Shown: one piece after another, positions 39,711 through 52,758 of the stretch
Layout: each line of letters opens with the position of its first letter
How positions within the stretch are numbered: position 1 is the first letter of the stretch
Assembly (NCBI RefSeq): GCF_006345805.1
Contig: NC_042999.1
Coordinates: 116,374,001 to 116,438,000, forward strand
Source: Octopus sinensis
Lineage: Eukaryota
DNA length: 64,000 bases
Reading direction: 5' to 3'
Notes under the pieces: model-generated
Databases searched by the model: none
What the model was told of the DNA's origin: nothing
What the model saw: only the letters and a program-made list of their open reading frames with translations
Program-made: the position numbers and the translations under genes

Positions 39711-40104
39711 TATATATGGACATGTATGTTCCCATATATCTGCGTGTGTGCATCCTTACTAATACGAGTGTGTATGTGTGCCAAGATGTACATTCATAGA
39801 TCAGTGAGCGCGCGCATACACACACTCATACACACACACACACATGAAGACCCACACGCACACACACGCGCGCACACATATATACACACAGAAGCAGACA
39901 CATACATACACATGGACACGCACACAAACGCGTGCACGCCTTTAACGCCTTCTACAAATGCACACGAGCACACGCACAAGCGCGCGCACACACACGAGTG
40001 TGCACGTATACATACATGTACATGCACGGGTACACATGTATATGGGCGCCCATATACATATTATATATTAATATACGTATATATACATATATATTCCAAA
40101 CTAC

Positions 40105-40222
40105 ATGGTTGCGGGTTCAGTCCCACCGCGTGGCACATTGGACAAGTGTCTTCTACTATAGCCTCGCACGAGCCAAAACCTTGTGAGTGGATTTGGTAGC
40201 CGGAAACTGAAAGAAGCCCGTC

Positions 40223-40265
<43 letters not shown>

Positions 40266-40307
40266 TTATATATGTGTGTGTATATGTGTGTTTATATATG
40301 TGTGTAC

Positions 40308-40352
<45 letters not shown>

Positions 40353-40572
40353 GTGTGTGTGTGTGTGTACGTGAGTATGTGTGAGTGTGTGTGTATTTGT
40401 GTGTCTTTGTCCTAACCCCATCGCTTGACAACCGATGCTGGTGTGTTTACGTCCCCGTAACTTAGCGACTCGGCAAAAGAGACTTACAAAGAATAAGTCC
40501 CGGGGTAGATTTATTTGACTTAAGGCGGTGCTCTGGTATGGCCACAATCAAATGACTGAAGCTGGTAAAAGA
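40105..40572 (+). mobile_element. SINE family A, full length with internal microsatellite
   Basis: Colinear with 50945-51352. Confidence 0.85.
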
Positions 40573-40599
40573 AAAAAGAAGAATATATATATATTGCTG

Positions 40600-40921
40600 A
40601 GACCCCTTTTGGTCATGACTGTCCCTGGGATTGCACCTAGAAAGTTACCCACCGAGGCACAAGTTTGGACAATGTTCTTTATGGAAGACCAGCATTCCGG
40701 CCTCCCCGCTCTATGCCACAAATGTTATCCAAGATAAAGGCAAAGGCCAATATATCCTGGCACCTGTAACGTCGCAACTCGTTTCTACAGCTAAGTGAAC
40801 TGGAGCAATGTGAAATAGACTGTCTTGCTCAAGAACACAACACGCATCCTGGTCCGGGAGTCGAACTCACAACCTCACGATCGTAAGCTCGGCGCTCTAA
40901 CCAGTGAATCATGCGCCTTCA
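40600..40921 (-). mobile_element. SINE family C (tRNA head plus MIR/CORE-like central block)
   Basis: ggagcaatgtgaaatagactgtcttgctcaagaacacaac...gtcgaactcacaacctcacgatc...ctctaaccagtgaatcatgcgcc. The CORE likeness is from my recall of the MIR consensus. Confidence 0.7.
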
Positions 40922-40957
40922 CATACACATATACACAGAGACAACACACACACACCA

Positions 40958-41032
<75 letters not shown>

Positions 41033-41035
41033 AAG

Positions 41036-41102
<67 letters not shown>

Positions 41103-41869
41103 CATAGAAAGTGACTATATATGCATAAATGCTTGTACGTTTATATGCATATATAAAGATTAATGCTTGTGTTGAAAGACGCATACATACATATGTACAT
41201 ACATACACACACATACATACATACATACACACATACATACATGCATAGACACATACATACATAATACATACGTACATACATAAATATATATATACATACA
41301 TACAAACATACATACATTCATTCATACATACATACATACATACATACATACATACAGATCTACCGTAATGGACATTCCTTTCAAGATGGTCAACGGGATT
41401 TCAACATTTTACTATAGACTTCAACCACTTTCTCTTTCTCTAATCCGCACTTCCTGTCTCTCTTATTCTCTTTCTATCGATCGATTTATCTATTTTCTTA
41501 ATGTATGTATATGTGTGTACGTGTGTGAATGTGTATGCTTGTGTTCGTGCTTGTGTGTATATGTAAGCATGTATGAATTGATGTATGTATGCATGTATAA
41601 ATGAATGCACATCTTTCTCTTTAGCATGTTACGTCCACAACACCTGGCATTCGGAAACATGAAAGTGGTTGTGGAATATACAGTTCGTATAATAACAGCT
41701 TTGTTGAAACATTCCAGGTCAAGCTCCTCTGTGTAGCCTGGTAAACAAGAATATATAAAAATACAAGCAACAGCATTAGTAAGAATAACCACATCCGGTA
41801 ATGCGACTACGACATAAACATTAGTGGTAAGGCACACAGGAAAGAGGGAAAATCCATTTTAGACATGCT

Positions 41870-42960
41870 AAATGTATTTAAAATTTTCAGGGACATCTAC
41901 TATCATTATGAAAGCATTATCCTGATCGACATGTCAGCATACTAACTCCTCCGAGTTCTGTCACTGAATAATGACAGACAAAATTCATGACACTGAAACG
42001 GTGCAAACAACCATTTAAAATTCCAGATTCCTACTAAATCCACAAGATAATTGCTCATTCCTCGATGGAGAAAAATGAGAGATTCTATATTGCTGAACAG
42101 ATATACTCCATTCCTTTCTTCAATTTCATTGACTAGGCTGCAGTTATGCTACCATATACTTTTCTCTCTGGCGCGAAATCCTCTTGCGATCAAACACTGC
42201 TAGAGACCTTGGAGTAACCGTTGATGACTTAGCTGGAGTGCTCGCATAAACAGCAAAATTGACGCGGACCGACGGTGTAAGGAATGCTCCTACCATTATC
42301 CTATTCTTCTCTACCTTCGCTCTTCCTCACCTTGAATACTGGAGTCCGCTGTCGTCTCCCCAAACAAAACAATTTATTATAAAATTTAAAGCCGAGATAG
42401 TCACAACAAAAGAATTGTCAACGTACGAGGACTTAATTACTGGGTTCGGCTCTTGAAGCCCAAACTCCAACTCGAACCCTCAGAAAAAGGCTACAGCTGC
42501 CATCCTCATTTGCACGAATTGTGCAGACTGAAGAAAAGAAGGAACTGCCATCTTCATCAGTGGTCTCCTTACTGAGGATGCAAAGGGTATATTATCAAGT
42601 GGTTCCTTGGAAACACCGAACTCAGTCATAAAGCAATCATAATTAACTAATAATCACTGACATTATCTGTGCGAAATAAAGCTAATGACCAAACTGCAAG
42701 CCACCTTAAGCATCTTCTCATTGTTTCCAAAGGTATCCCAAGAAAACCAACTTTTCCTCGAAACAATTTGTGAAACAGATTACTGATGGGCGAATTTAGC
42801 GATCGTTATATGGATTGGTCAACCAATTCTTTGAAATCTATTAATTGCACCTTTACCTCAATTAAAACCCCAGAAGAAAATAATTTAACATTTCGACTAT
42901 TTGACTGTTATGGGTCATGCTCGAGTTATCAATGTACAAAGGTTTCTAACTTAGGAACAA
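41870..42960 (+). mobile_element. Old CR1/L2-like LINE RT fragment
   Basis: RDLGVTVDD.LSWSA.INSK and ILFFSTFALPHLEYWSPL.SP.TKQFIIK motifs; related to 54290-55190. Confidence 0.65.
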
Positions 42961-43213
42961 AACCAGCAATTCTGCGGGGAGAGGGTTAAGCTTTTCAGTA
43001 GTAGTATCCCTATTTCAGTTTGGGAAACTTTTTCCAGTGCATGATACAGTACACAGTGACCTTTATATCTAGCATTCCTAACCCAAATCAAGCACCCTCA
43101 TTTCGGTACGCGCATTTGACTATATGGATCTGCACAAAACAAACTGGGGAGCAATTATACATGACCTATCGTTTGTCGACCGGTCTTTCACACACACAAG
43201 CATAAACTACACA

Positions 43214-43296
<83 letters not shown>

Positions 43297-44241
43297 GTAC
43301 ATATACACATAAACACACATATACGCAAACAAAAATGCTTTTTCATGCATCAAAGCCACTTGACAGATGTTTGAGACTATGGTTACCAATATATGCCCAA
43401 ACCACACCCGACACAGGACCTGTAAATAGAAATGGAAGTAGGATCCCTAGAGAAAAATATAATTATAGAAAATAAAAAGAGCTTAATTAGATGAAGAAAA
43501 TAAGAAAACTATGCAACCCTCATCCATACACAACCACTGGGCCTGTGTGTGATCGCTCAGAACAGCCAAGCTCTTCCCCAACGAATGGTATACATACATG
43601 CAAGGCCGTTCCATCTTAACAGCATTACAGGTTCCCGGGACAATTAAATGCTCTGGGGATAAATATTTTGACAGCAAGCAACAGCATATGTAAATTAGAA
43701 CTGGGTCCCTAGACCTGTGTGAGGCCCCCTGGCAACTGTCCTGTGAGCCCATGCCTTAAGGCAGCACTGCATACATGTAGTCCTGATTTTCATTGTTACT
43801 GAGAATAAATGTGCAAGTCATCGTTTTGATTCTCACTGTTCACCGTGCAAAGAATGATTCATTATCGGCTGGCTTGTAATAACTGTTCGCTGAAATTATA
43901 GACAAGACCATCGGTTCTTTTTAGATTTATTGGTCGGGATACTTCAGACTAACGAGACGCAATATACCTAAATGACGGTGTCCCACAATTCTTTGTGCTA
44001 ATGAATCAAGTGCAATATGAACATAAGTAGTCGGGAAGGGAGAAGCTTTTCTCCCGTAACGAATACATCAGCAACTAGCATATTTACGTTCGAATCTGCT
44101 GGAACATATTAAACAAATAAGTCACCGTTTCAATTCCCGCTGATTACTGGGAAAATAACGATTTACTATTATTAAACATTTCCAAGAAAGATGGAAACGA
44201 AATGATTATTGCAATAAAATTTAAGCGTTTACATATATATA

Positions 44242-44700
44242 GGCGCAGGTGTGGCTGTGTGGTGAGTATCTTGCTTCCCAATCACGTGGTTCCTGGTTCA
44301 GTTCCAGTTAAAGATAAAGTTTCCTTCTTGTATCATACTGACTCATAAGGGTCAGTTTCTCGGTTTCATGGCGTATATATTCCCCACCTGGATGGAATGC
44401 TGAACCATCACAGGATTACTCATTTTTGCCTGCTGAGTGGACTGGAGCAACGTGAAATGAAGTGTTTTGCTCAAGAATACATCGTGTCGACCACTCCAGG
44501 AATAGAAACCACTATCTTACGATCATGAGTCCAACACCCTAACCACTAAGGCACTTCAGTTCCAGAGTGTGGCACCTTGAGCAAGTGTCCTCTACTACAG
44601 CATCAGGACCACCACAGCCTCGTGACCGGATCTGCTAGACGAAGACGGAAAGAGGTCTGTCGTATTTACCTACCTACATGTATGTGTGTGTGTGTGTGTT
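44242..44700 (+). mobile_element. SINE family A interrupted by a family C SINE (44308-44554, minus strand)
   Basis: 11-bp TSD ttcagttccag at 44297-44307 and 44555-44565. Confidence 0.85.
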
Positions 44701-44744
44701 TGTGTCCATGTTCGGGCTAAATTTGACATTCTGCATAAAAGGAA

Positions 44745-45213
44745 AGCCCGGTATCCCATCCAAAAATAAAAGTATTTTTAAAATCCCCAAGATATCAACC
44801 ACATTTTACTCAAAGTAGCCACCCTCAGCTTCCATCACGACCTCAAGACAGCTCCTGGCTCATGTGTCCTTCACTGTGCCTCAGGGTAAATCTTCGAACA
44901 CTTCCTTGATCTTAAGCACCACTTCACGGTTGGTATAGTTCTTAACCGCGCCCCACATATAGCTAAATAATGGAATCACAATCGGATGAATTAGGAGTCT
45001 AGAAATTGGGGCTGGTGAACTCGCAGAAATTCTCCGACAACCACTTCTGGTGACAAAGAGCCGAAACTTGTTGCCTTCCACCAGCAACCACTCTCTACCG
45101 AGGTTTTATCACACCTTCCAGCAGCTTCCCATAGCCGTCTGAATTGAGCCTAAGCTTCTGTTCAAAGTTGTGGAGATGAATCCCGGCGTGCGGATGCAAT
45201 CAAAACCCTTGTC
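44745..45213 (-). mobile_element. Tc1/mariner (maT/DD37D-like) transposase C-terminal remnant
   Basis: Minus strand gives ...QKWLSENFCEFTSPNF.TPNSSDC...MWGAVKNYTNR...KIKEVFEDLP...LEVVMEAEGGYFE*; truncated where the large inverted repeat begins. Confidence 0.7.
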
Positions 45214-46168
45214 GTGTCCCTTACTGATGGTCACAGTTTCGCAATCCCTGTTGCAGCTCCCCATGTTTCATCTTACAGTCTTTACAGTGTTCCCAGAGCA
45301 TTTATCAACTGTCAAAATGTCGGCATTTTGACACACAGCACGAATCGTCATGATAAAAGTAACTCTCCTAATAGTCAGATGGTTTCTAGTCCTCGATGTC
45401 ACCAAACGTTTTCTTAACAACAACTTTAATCTGTACAACTTTGAATACTTAAAAAGTGAGAACAACACTGCCATTTAATACCACACAATTTCACTACAAG
45501 ACGCGGTATGACAGTCAAGGCACTCCCGCCAGCAACATGTCAAGGCACAATATCTGTTTTAACAGAAATGCATAGGTGACAGGTGTAAATAACTGTGCAA
45601 TACACTTTTATTTATATTTCTCACACCCAAAATAAAACCACTTTGGCATGAAATATTTTGCATATTTTCCCTTTATTAAAATTGCCGTTCATCTGAAGAC
45701 TACAAGCAAAACATATTTCTATTTATATTCACAAATCTATACATATATGTGCATTTATAGGTGTAACACAGGCGTCTTGGAAATTTTTAATGCGCTATTT
45801 TCTTAAAAATATATTCAATAAAAATTTTTATACTTTTTTTATGTAAGAATATATGCTCATATATAGAGCATATATTATTTGAAAGTCCAAATGGTGAGTA
45901 GTAAAGCGAGCTTTAAATTCCTAAACAATACTCGCCTTGGGATCAGGAGTACATGAATCAGTGTCTCACACAGGCTCAGCTTAAAACTAATATGATTGTA
46001 CTCTACCTAACAGTATTGAGTAATTTTCTCAGCTTAATTGCAGTTCACACCAGTGTAATACAGCCATTTCTTTTACACGCATGCTCACACAACACACATT
46101 CACACATATACACACATACATATCTGTATATTCCTACTATTCCTATATACACGTATCTATCTATCTAA

Positions 46169-46260
<92 letters not shown>

Positions 46261-47381
46261 TTATTAATATATCTGATTTGTGGTGAATTTATGGAAATAA
46301 ATCCCATAAAACTCATCAATTTAGTTAAAAATGGAGAAGACAAGTTGTTAAAATATATAAGAGGATTTTAATTCATACAGACGATCGTTTGGTGCTCAGA
46401 TATAAAAATCATGCAAATTCATGATCGAATGGAATTAGATTAAATGAATTAAATGAATGAATGAATGAATGAATGAATTATATATATCAATGTACTCTTC
46501 AGTGCAGGAAGTATAAACAAAATATAATTTTAAAATTATAGGTATATTATATACTAAAGAAAGATATAATTTCTTTTATCCAGACCTATGGAGAGAAAAA
46601 GAGGTGTAGGGAGAGATAGACAAAGTGATAGCCCTATAGCCTTTCTGATTTATATTTAATACATACTAACGAATATTAGCTTTAATGCATACGTAAGTCC
46701 CTATTACACATCTTATTCGCTTTTTTATCCTTTTTACCTCTCAAACACTTGTTTACGTTAACTATATAGTATTATCTCTTTACATACTACCTCCCCATGA
46801 TTAGCTTCATTCGCATGTTTAAAGTTTTTTAAAAAATACATCACACTACGTAATGTTTTCAACTGTCAGGTCATATCTTAATTCAAATATAGAAATGTCT
46901 TTCCATTGGACATTTCTGATGCAATTTTTTGCCCTACGCTACTTATTTGGAGCTTAAAATTTATAATCCCCTTACTCATCTATAGAGGAAACGTCTCTGA
47001 TACGTCTTTAGTTATATTTTCAAATAACCGTTATAGTTTTTAGTTATAGTTAATATCTAACTTGACTCATATCTCTTTCTCATAAGGATAAATATTAATC
47101 TCCTAGATTCTATTCTTCTGCTATTTCATTTCTCAAGTTCATTGTAAATTTTGTTTATACTTCCTGCACTGAAGAGTACATTCATATACATAATTAATTA
47201 ATTCATTTAATTAATTTAATCTAATCCAATTCGATCATGAATTTGCATGATTTTTATGTCTGTGTACGAAACGATCGTCTGCATGAATATATATATTCTC
47301 TTATATATTTTAACAACTTGTCTTCTCCCTTTTTTAAACTAAATTGATGAGATTTATGAGATTTCTCTCCATAAATTCACC

Positions 47382-47420
<39 letters not shown>

Positions 47421-48473
47421 TATATAATATATATATATAGATAGATAGATAGACAAACAGACAGATAGATAGATGTGAGAATAGTAGGAATGTGCATATA
47501 TGTATGTGTGCGTGTGTATGCATGTATGTGTGTGCGTGCACGTGTGTTTTGTGTGCGTGCGTGATGCGTGCGTGATGCGTGCGTGCGTGTAAAAAAATAG
47601 TTGTATTACACTGGTGTGAATTGCAATTAATCTGAGAATATTACTCAATACTGTTAGGTAGAGTACAATCATATTAGTTTTAAGCTGAGCCTGTGTGAGA
47701 CACTGATTAATGTACTCCTGATCCTAAGACGAGTATTATTTAGGAATTTAAACTCACCTTTTGAACCGTCAAGATTTCCATTGAAAAAGAACTTACAAAA
47801 AAATCATGTTCCATATATGAGCATATGCTATTATATAAAAATAAAAAGTATAGAAATTTTTATTGAATATATTTTTAGGAAAATAGCACATTAAAAATGT
47901 CTAAGACGCCTATAAAGGCACATATATGTATAGATTTGTGAATATAAATAGAAATATGTTTTGCTTGTAATCTTCAGATGACGGGCAACTTTTAATAAAG
48001 GGAAAATATGCAATATATTTCATATAAAAGTGGTTTTATTTTGGGTATGGTTTATGATTAAGAAATATAAATAAAAGTCTATCGCCCATATATTTACCCC
48101 TTTCACCAATGTATTTCTTGTGAAACAGGTATTGTGCCTTGACATGTTGCTGATGGGAGTGCCTTGACTATCATATCGTATCTTGTAGTGAAATTGTGTG
48201 GTGTTAAATGGCAGTGTTGTTCTCACTTTTTAAGTATTCAAAGCTTGAGCATACAGATTAAAGTTGATGTTGAGAAAACGTTTGGTGACATTGAGGACTA
48301 GAAACCATCTGACTATTAGGAAAGTTACTTTTATCATGACGATTCGTGCTGTGTGTCAAAATGCCGACATTTTGACTGCTGATAAATGCTCTGGGAACAC
48401 TGTAAAGACTGTAAGATGTAACATGGGGAGCTGCAACAGGGATTGCGAAACTGTGACCATCAGTAAGGGACAC
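45214..48473. repeat. Large inverted repeat: arms 45214-46523 and 47148-48473, 624-bp spacer
   Basis: The arms align end to end in inverse orientation with scattered substitutions (roughly 10% by eye) and diverged internal microsatellites; no TSD seen. Confidence 0.9.
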
Positions 48474-48589
48474 CATTATTAGAGTTAATACTTTAGCGAT
48501 TCAGAAAAATACATTTAAAAAAAAACAAAAAAAAAACATTACAATACCTAGAAAGTAAAAATATTATATAAAGTAATATATAAAAATAT

Positions 48590-48880
48590 ATCACGTGATC
48601 ACGTGACCGACCAGACCATCAGATGTTGTTACACATCGCTGGTCATAATGCGTTCGCATTGTTTTAGCCTTCGAATGATGCCACCCCGCTGGCTAAGCGA
48701 GCAGGCCAACAGACGAAAGAGTGAGAGAAAGAGTGGTGAAAGAGTACAGCAGGGATCACCCCCCCTGCCGGAGCCTCGTGGAGCTTTTAGGTGTTTTCGC
48801 TCAATAAACACACACAACGCCCGGTCTGGGAATCGAAACCGCGATCCTACGACCGCGAGTCCGCTGCCCTAACCACTGTA
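48590..48880 (-). mobile_element. tRNA-headed SINE, family C variant
   Basis: Minus strand begins cagtggttagggcagcggactcgcggtcgtaggatcgcggtttcgattccc (A and B boxes); same as 51362-51648. Confidence 0.85.
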
Positions 48881-48949
48881 ATATATAAAAATATATAGAT
48901 ATATAAAAATATATAGATATAAAAATATATATAATATAATATATATATA

Positions 48950-48982
<33 letters not shown>

Positions 48983-49049
48983 AATATATATAATAAATAT
49001 AATATATATCTATATATATTATTATATATATAAGAATATATTATATATA

Positions 49050-49101
<52 letters not shown>

Positions 49102-49110
49102 CTATATATA

Positions 49111-49680
49111 TGAGGCTTTTTACATGCCGAAGACTACTTGGGTAATTGATAATTATATTCCAATAATTAATTTCACCCTTCATTTTACGGATAACCATAT
49201 TTTATCTCAGTAGATGACCACAGCATGTTGTTTTGGCTAAACACGCGGGTGGAAGGCGCTGGTGACACAATCTTTTCATTCACACTTTGAATTTGGTGAT
49301 ACCAGTTGCGGATTCTAGCTCGCTCTGATACTGAGTTGAGTTGGTGCCCTCTGGTATCTCAAAATTCTATATAATCATTTATGATTATATTATTCTACGC
49401 TGAAGAGAAAGAAGTTTGGGTAAGGTAGAATTATTTAATATTTAATTCTTATGCTTTCCTAAAACTTGATTTCGAAACGTGCGTCCGTAGATAACTTAAA
49501 TTGTATGAGATTGCCGTCAATTCATTCTCTCTTACCTGTTTTGTCCCTTGCCTTCCAATTGCTTGCTGTGTTTTTTACTGAGATCCCCCCTTTTTGTAAA
49601 GAAAAGCTATAACTCTTTGCTGCTATTTCTAAATTCGGTCTGGAAGGCAAATTCGTTGCTAAACCCTTATTGCTTAGTAT
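49111..49680 (+). mobile_element. Hammerhead-containing non-coding repeat (~570 bp) between (TA)n tracts
   Basis: Inverse, block-permuted homologue of 39077-39600. Confidence 0.8.
49394..49491 (+). ncRNA. Type I hammerhead ribozyme motif
   Basis: TCTACG CTGAAGA GAAA...TTTC GAAAC GTGC GTC CGTAGA; predicted cleavage after 49485. Confidence 0.85.
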
Positions 49681-49699
49681 ATATATATATATACTATAT

Positions 49700-49740
<41 letters not shown>

Positions 49741-50188
49741 ATTAGATATATATAAATATAAACTATATATATTATATATTTTTATATACTTATATATTTT
49801 TATATATTACTATTATATTATATTTTTACATTCTAGGTATTGTATTTTTTGTTTGGTTTTTTTTTTTAATGTATTTTTCTGAATCGCTAAAGTATTAACT
49901 CTAAACTTGTGATGAAAAATTTTTTTTGTCGCACCTTTATTATTATTATTATTATTATGCTTGTATGCTTGTACAGAAATTATGTTCCATCTTGTGGGAT
50001 GTTTATTGTATATTCTATGATTAAATGTTCGAATTATGAAATGCTATGCGGATGACTTTGCATTTGTTTGTTCAATAACTTTAGTTTGATATTTTTGTCT
50101 CTTTCAATAGAGCACTTCTATAGCAGTCCTATTAATTTTTTTGTTCCTGACAAGAAACAATCACTGTATTATTGATATATATAATATA

Positions 50189-50230
<42 letters not shown>

Positions 50231-50443
50231 ATATATATATATATAATTATATACATATATACATACGTATATGTACATACTTACTTTATACGTATCTATA
50301 TATATGTATATGTATATGTCGGCACAGGACGTCACGAAACACGCATACAACAGAAATACGAAGTATGAGTACATGGAATATGAACTATTTTTTTCGAACA
50401 ACGAAAGACACAAATGGAAAACAAGACAAACAACATAAAAAAC

Positions 50444-50508
50444 GTCCCTTCATCAGTTGTTGGCTGTTTTTTCTACTCTCGTATTTCGAGCATTTAACAA
50501 AAAGCTCC
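50444..50508 (-). ncRNA. Rearranged hammerhead-like remnant (stem III strand lost)
   Basis: Minus strand reads CUU UUGUU aaau GCUC GAAA ... AACAA CUGAUGA A GGG; homologous to 10148-10220. Confidence 0.35.
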
Positions 50509-50944
50509 CGCGAAGCAAATTAAATAAAATTTGAGATTTTGCTGAAGGTCAAAATTGGTAACACAAACAGGACAGTGAAAACAAACAGTAAGGAATGCTA
50601 AGCCTAAAGTAGGTTGTGGTGGCGAACGCGTAAATCAAGCTTGGCAATGGACAGACAAGAACACATCTTCCTTGTTCCAATTACAAGGTGAGAAAGAAAG
50701 AAACACAAGTTAGGAGAAGAAACAAAGATGACCGATGCCACGTGAGCAAGGAGGGAGGAATGAGGGAGAGAGTGACAGAATAATAGGATAGAATAGTGGG
50801 AGAAGAGGATGTAAAAGAATAATAGAGAGAAAGCGAGAAAAACGAAAGAGTAAAAAGATCGTATAGAGTGCTCATCAGAATTAAGATAAAACTTATTTGG
50901 AAGAGTATGCGTGGCGTTCAGTCATATAATAATATAAATAATAT

Positions 50945-51352
50945 TTGGAGTGGCTGTGTGGTAAGTAGCTTGCTTACGAACCACATGGTTCCGGGTTCAG
51001 TCCCACTGCGTGGCACCTTGAGCAAGTGTCTTCTACTATAGCCTCGGGCCGACCAAAGCCTTGTGAGTGGATTTGGTAGACGGAAACTGAAAGAAGCCCG
51101 TCGTATATATGTATATATATATATTTGTATGTGTGTGTATATGTTTGTGTGTCTGTGTTTGTCACCCCAACATCGCTTGACAACCGATGCTGATGTGTTT
51201 ACCTCTCCGTAACTTAGCGGTTCGGTAAAAGGAGCCCGAATAGAATAAGTACTAGGCTTACAATGAATAAGTGCTGGGGTCGATTTGCTCGACTAAAGGC
51301 GGTGCTCAAGCATGGCCGCAGTCAAATGACTGAAACAAATAAGATAGTAAAA
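50945..51352 (+). mobile_element. SINE family A, full length
   Basis: tRNA-like head (ggagtggctgtgtggtaag...gggttcagtccc), internal microsatellite and a tail ending in gactgaaacaa. Confidence 0.9.
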
Positions 51353-51361
51353 TAGTAAATA

Positions 51362-51648
51362 TATCACCGTGATCACCGTAACCGACCAGGCTATGAGATG
51401 TTGCTACACATTGTTTTAGCCTTCAAATGACGCCACCCCGCTGGCTAAGCGAGTAGGCCAACAGATGAAAGAGAAAAAGTTGCGGCGAAAGAGTACAGCA
51501 GGGACCGCCACCACCCCCTTCCGGAGCCTCGTGGAGCTTTAGGTGATTTTGCTCAATAAACACTCTCAACGCCCGGTTTGGGAATCGAAACCGCGATCCT
51601 ACAACCACGAGTCCGCTGCCCTAATCACTGGGCCATTGCGCCTCCACG
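51362..51648 (-). mobile_element. tRNA-headed SINE, family C variant
   Basis: Colinear with 48590-48880. Confidence 0.85.
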
Positions 51649-51989
51649 CATATATAGAATATATATATATCTATATATATATGTATGTATGTATGTTATG
51701 TATGTGTGGATATAATTCCAACCCATATACAAAATCATAATAATATGAATATAATTAATAGTAACAGCATTAGTAGCACGAAAGTGTTAACATGATAATA
51801 TTAATAATAGTCGTGTATATAACAATGTAGTGTTGATGGTAACAACAATAACGGTATTATTGTCGTGATATTACTGGTTGTAATACCATTAATTACTATA
51901 ATAATAGAAATAGTGTAGTTGTTAGCGCCTAACATATAGTAAACAACAATCATAACAATAAAAACTTCGTTTCGATCTCGGACGACACC

Positions 51990-52393
51990 CCAACAGAATT
52001 AAATTTTTGTCTAGTAATTCTAAGATTAAGAATTCTATTTACCAGTGTAGAATTTCTTCCGGTACCGATGTCTTCTCTATAATAGGAGCGTCCACTTCCC
52101 AGTTATCCAAGAGAATTTCAAACCACTATTCAACGTTCAGGATGTGTAAAAAACGACATGGTACAGGGCTAAGTAAATTAGTTTGGCGTCTTAAAGACAA
52201 CATATAATTTTTAAGTCAGATTGGTTCATACTGTCTGTATCCTTTCCTTTTGATAAGGACAGGAGATTTTGTAACATTTGTAACTCTGAACTCTTCCATA
52301 TTCTTTTCTCTAAGGTTCCCCTAGTAACCCCTCATAGAAAAATCATACAATGTAAACACTGGCAGAAACACACTTTCTACTCATATAAATGAT
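51990..52393 (+). mobile_element. Penelope-like GIY-YIG endonuclease remnant
   Basis: NSIYQCRI...IIGAST...RISNHYSTFR...LSKLVWRLKD, then a frameshift to WFILS...FCNICNSE...CKHWQK. Confidence 0.8.
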
Positions 52394-52665
52394 AACGATA
52401 GTCACTGTGGTTTGAACAATTAGCTTTTACGTCCACCCCACTTCTATAGAGAAATTCGTTTTCCTAAGCCTTCGAACATTCTTTCAATCAACGTACCCTT
52501 CCCTCTCCACTTGTTCCCTACCTATTATTACTTATCCCTTCTCTTCTACTATCTATTTTTGACGTCAATGTCTTCTAACGGTTTTTAAAAAAAAACTCAT
52601 TATCGGCTTTGTTTACCATGTAGGCATCATCGAAATTTTTTGTTTGTCTTGTTGTCGAGAGGCTC

Positions 52666-52758
52666 CCTTTCTTTCCTGATGAGAAGATTGCATAATGCAC
52701 CCTTTATACCTTTGGAACGAAAACATGCTGTCTTCGAAACATGTGTCGAGAGTAAAGG
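52666..52758 (+). ncRNA. Type I hammerhead ribozyme motif downstream of the PLE endonuclease
   Basis: CCTTTCTTTC CTGATGA GAAGA...TCTTC GAAAC ATGT GTC GAGAG t AAAGG: 10-bp bulged stem I, stem II of at least 5 bp, GUC site after 52747. Confidence 0.85.

Noticed and set aside
41490-41837. Hydrophobic ORF with a TNVYVVVALPD segment suggesting GPCR TM2
   Set aside because: Spacing to the Asp and the Cys-to-Arg distance do not match rhodopsin-family registers, and the ORF runs into microsatellite.
45268-45474. Similar ~70-aa ORFs in both arms of the large inverted repeat
   Set aside because: The stop position differs between arms and no domain is recognisable; the similarity follows from the duplication.
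48820-48880. tRNA-like sequences at SINE heads
   Set aside because: The A/B boxes continue directly into SINE bodies and no complete cloverleaf is evident, so these are not tRNA genes.
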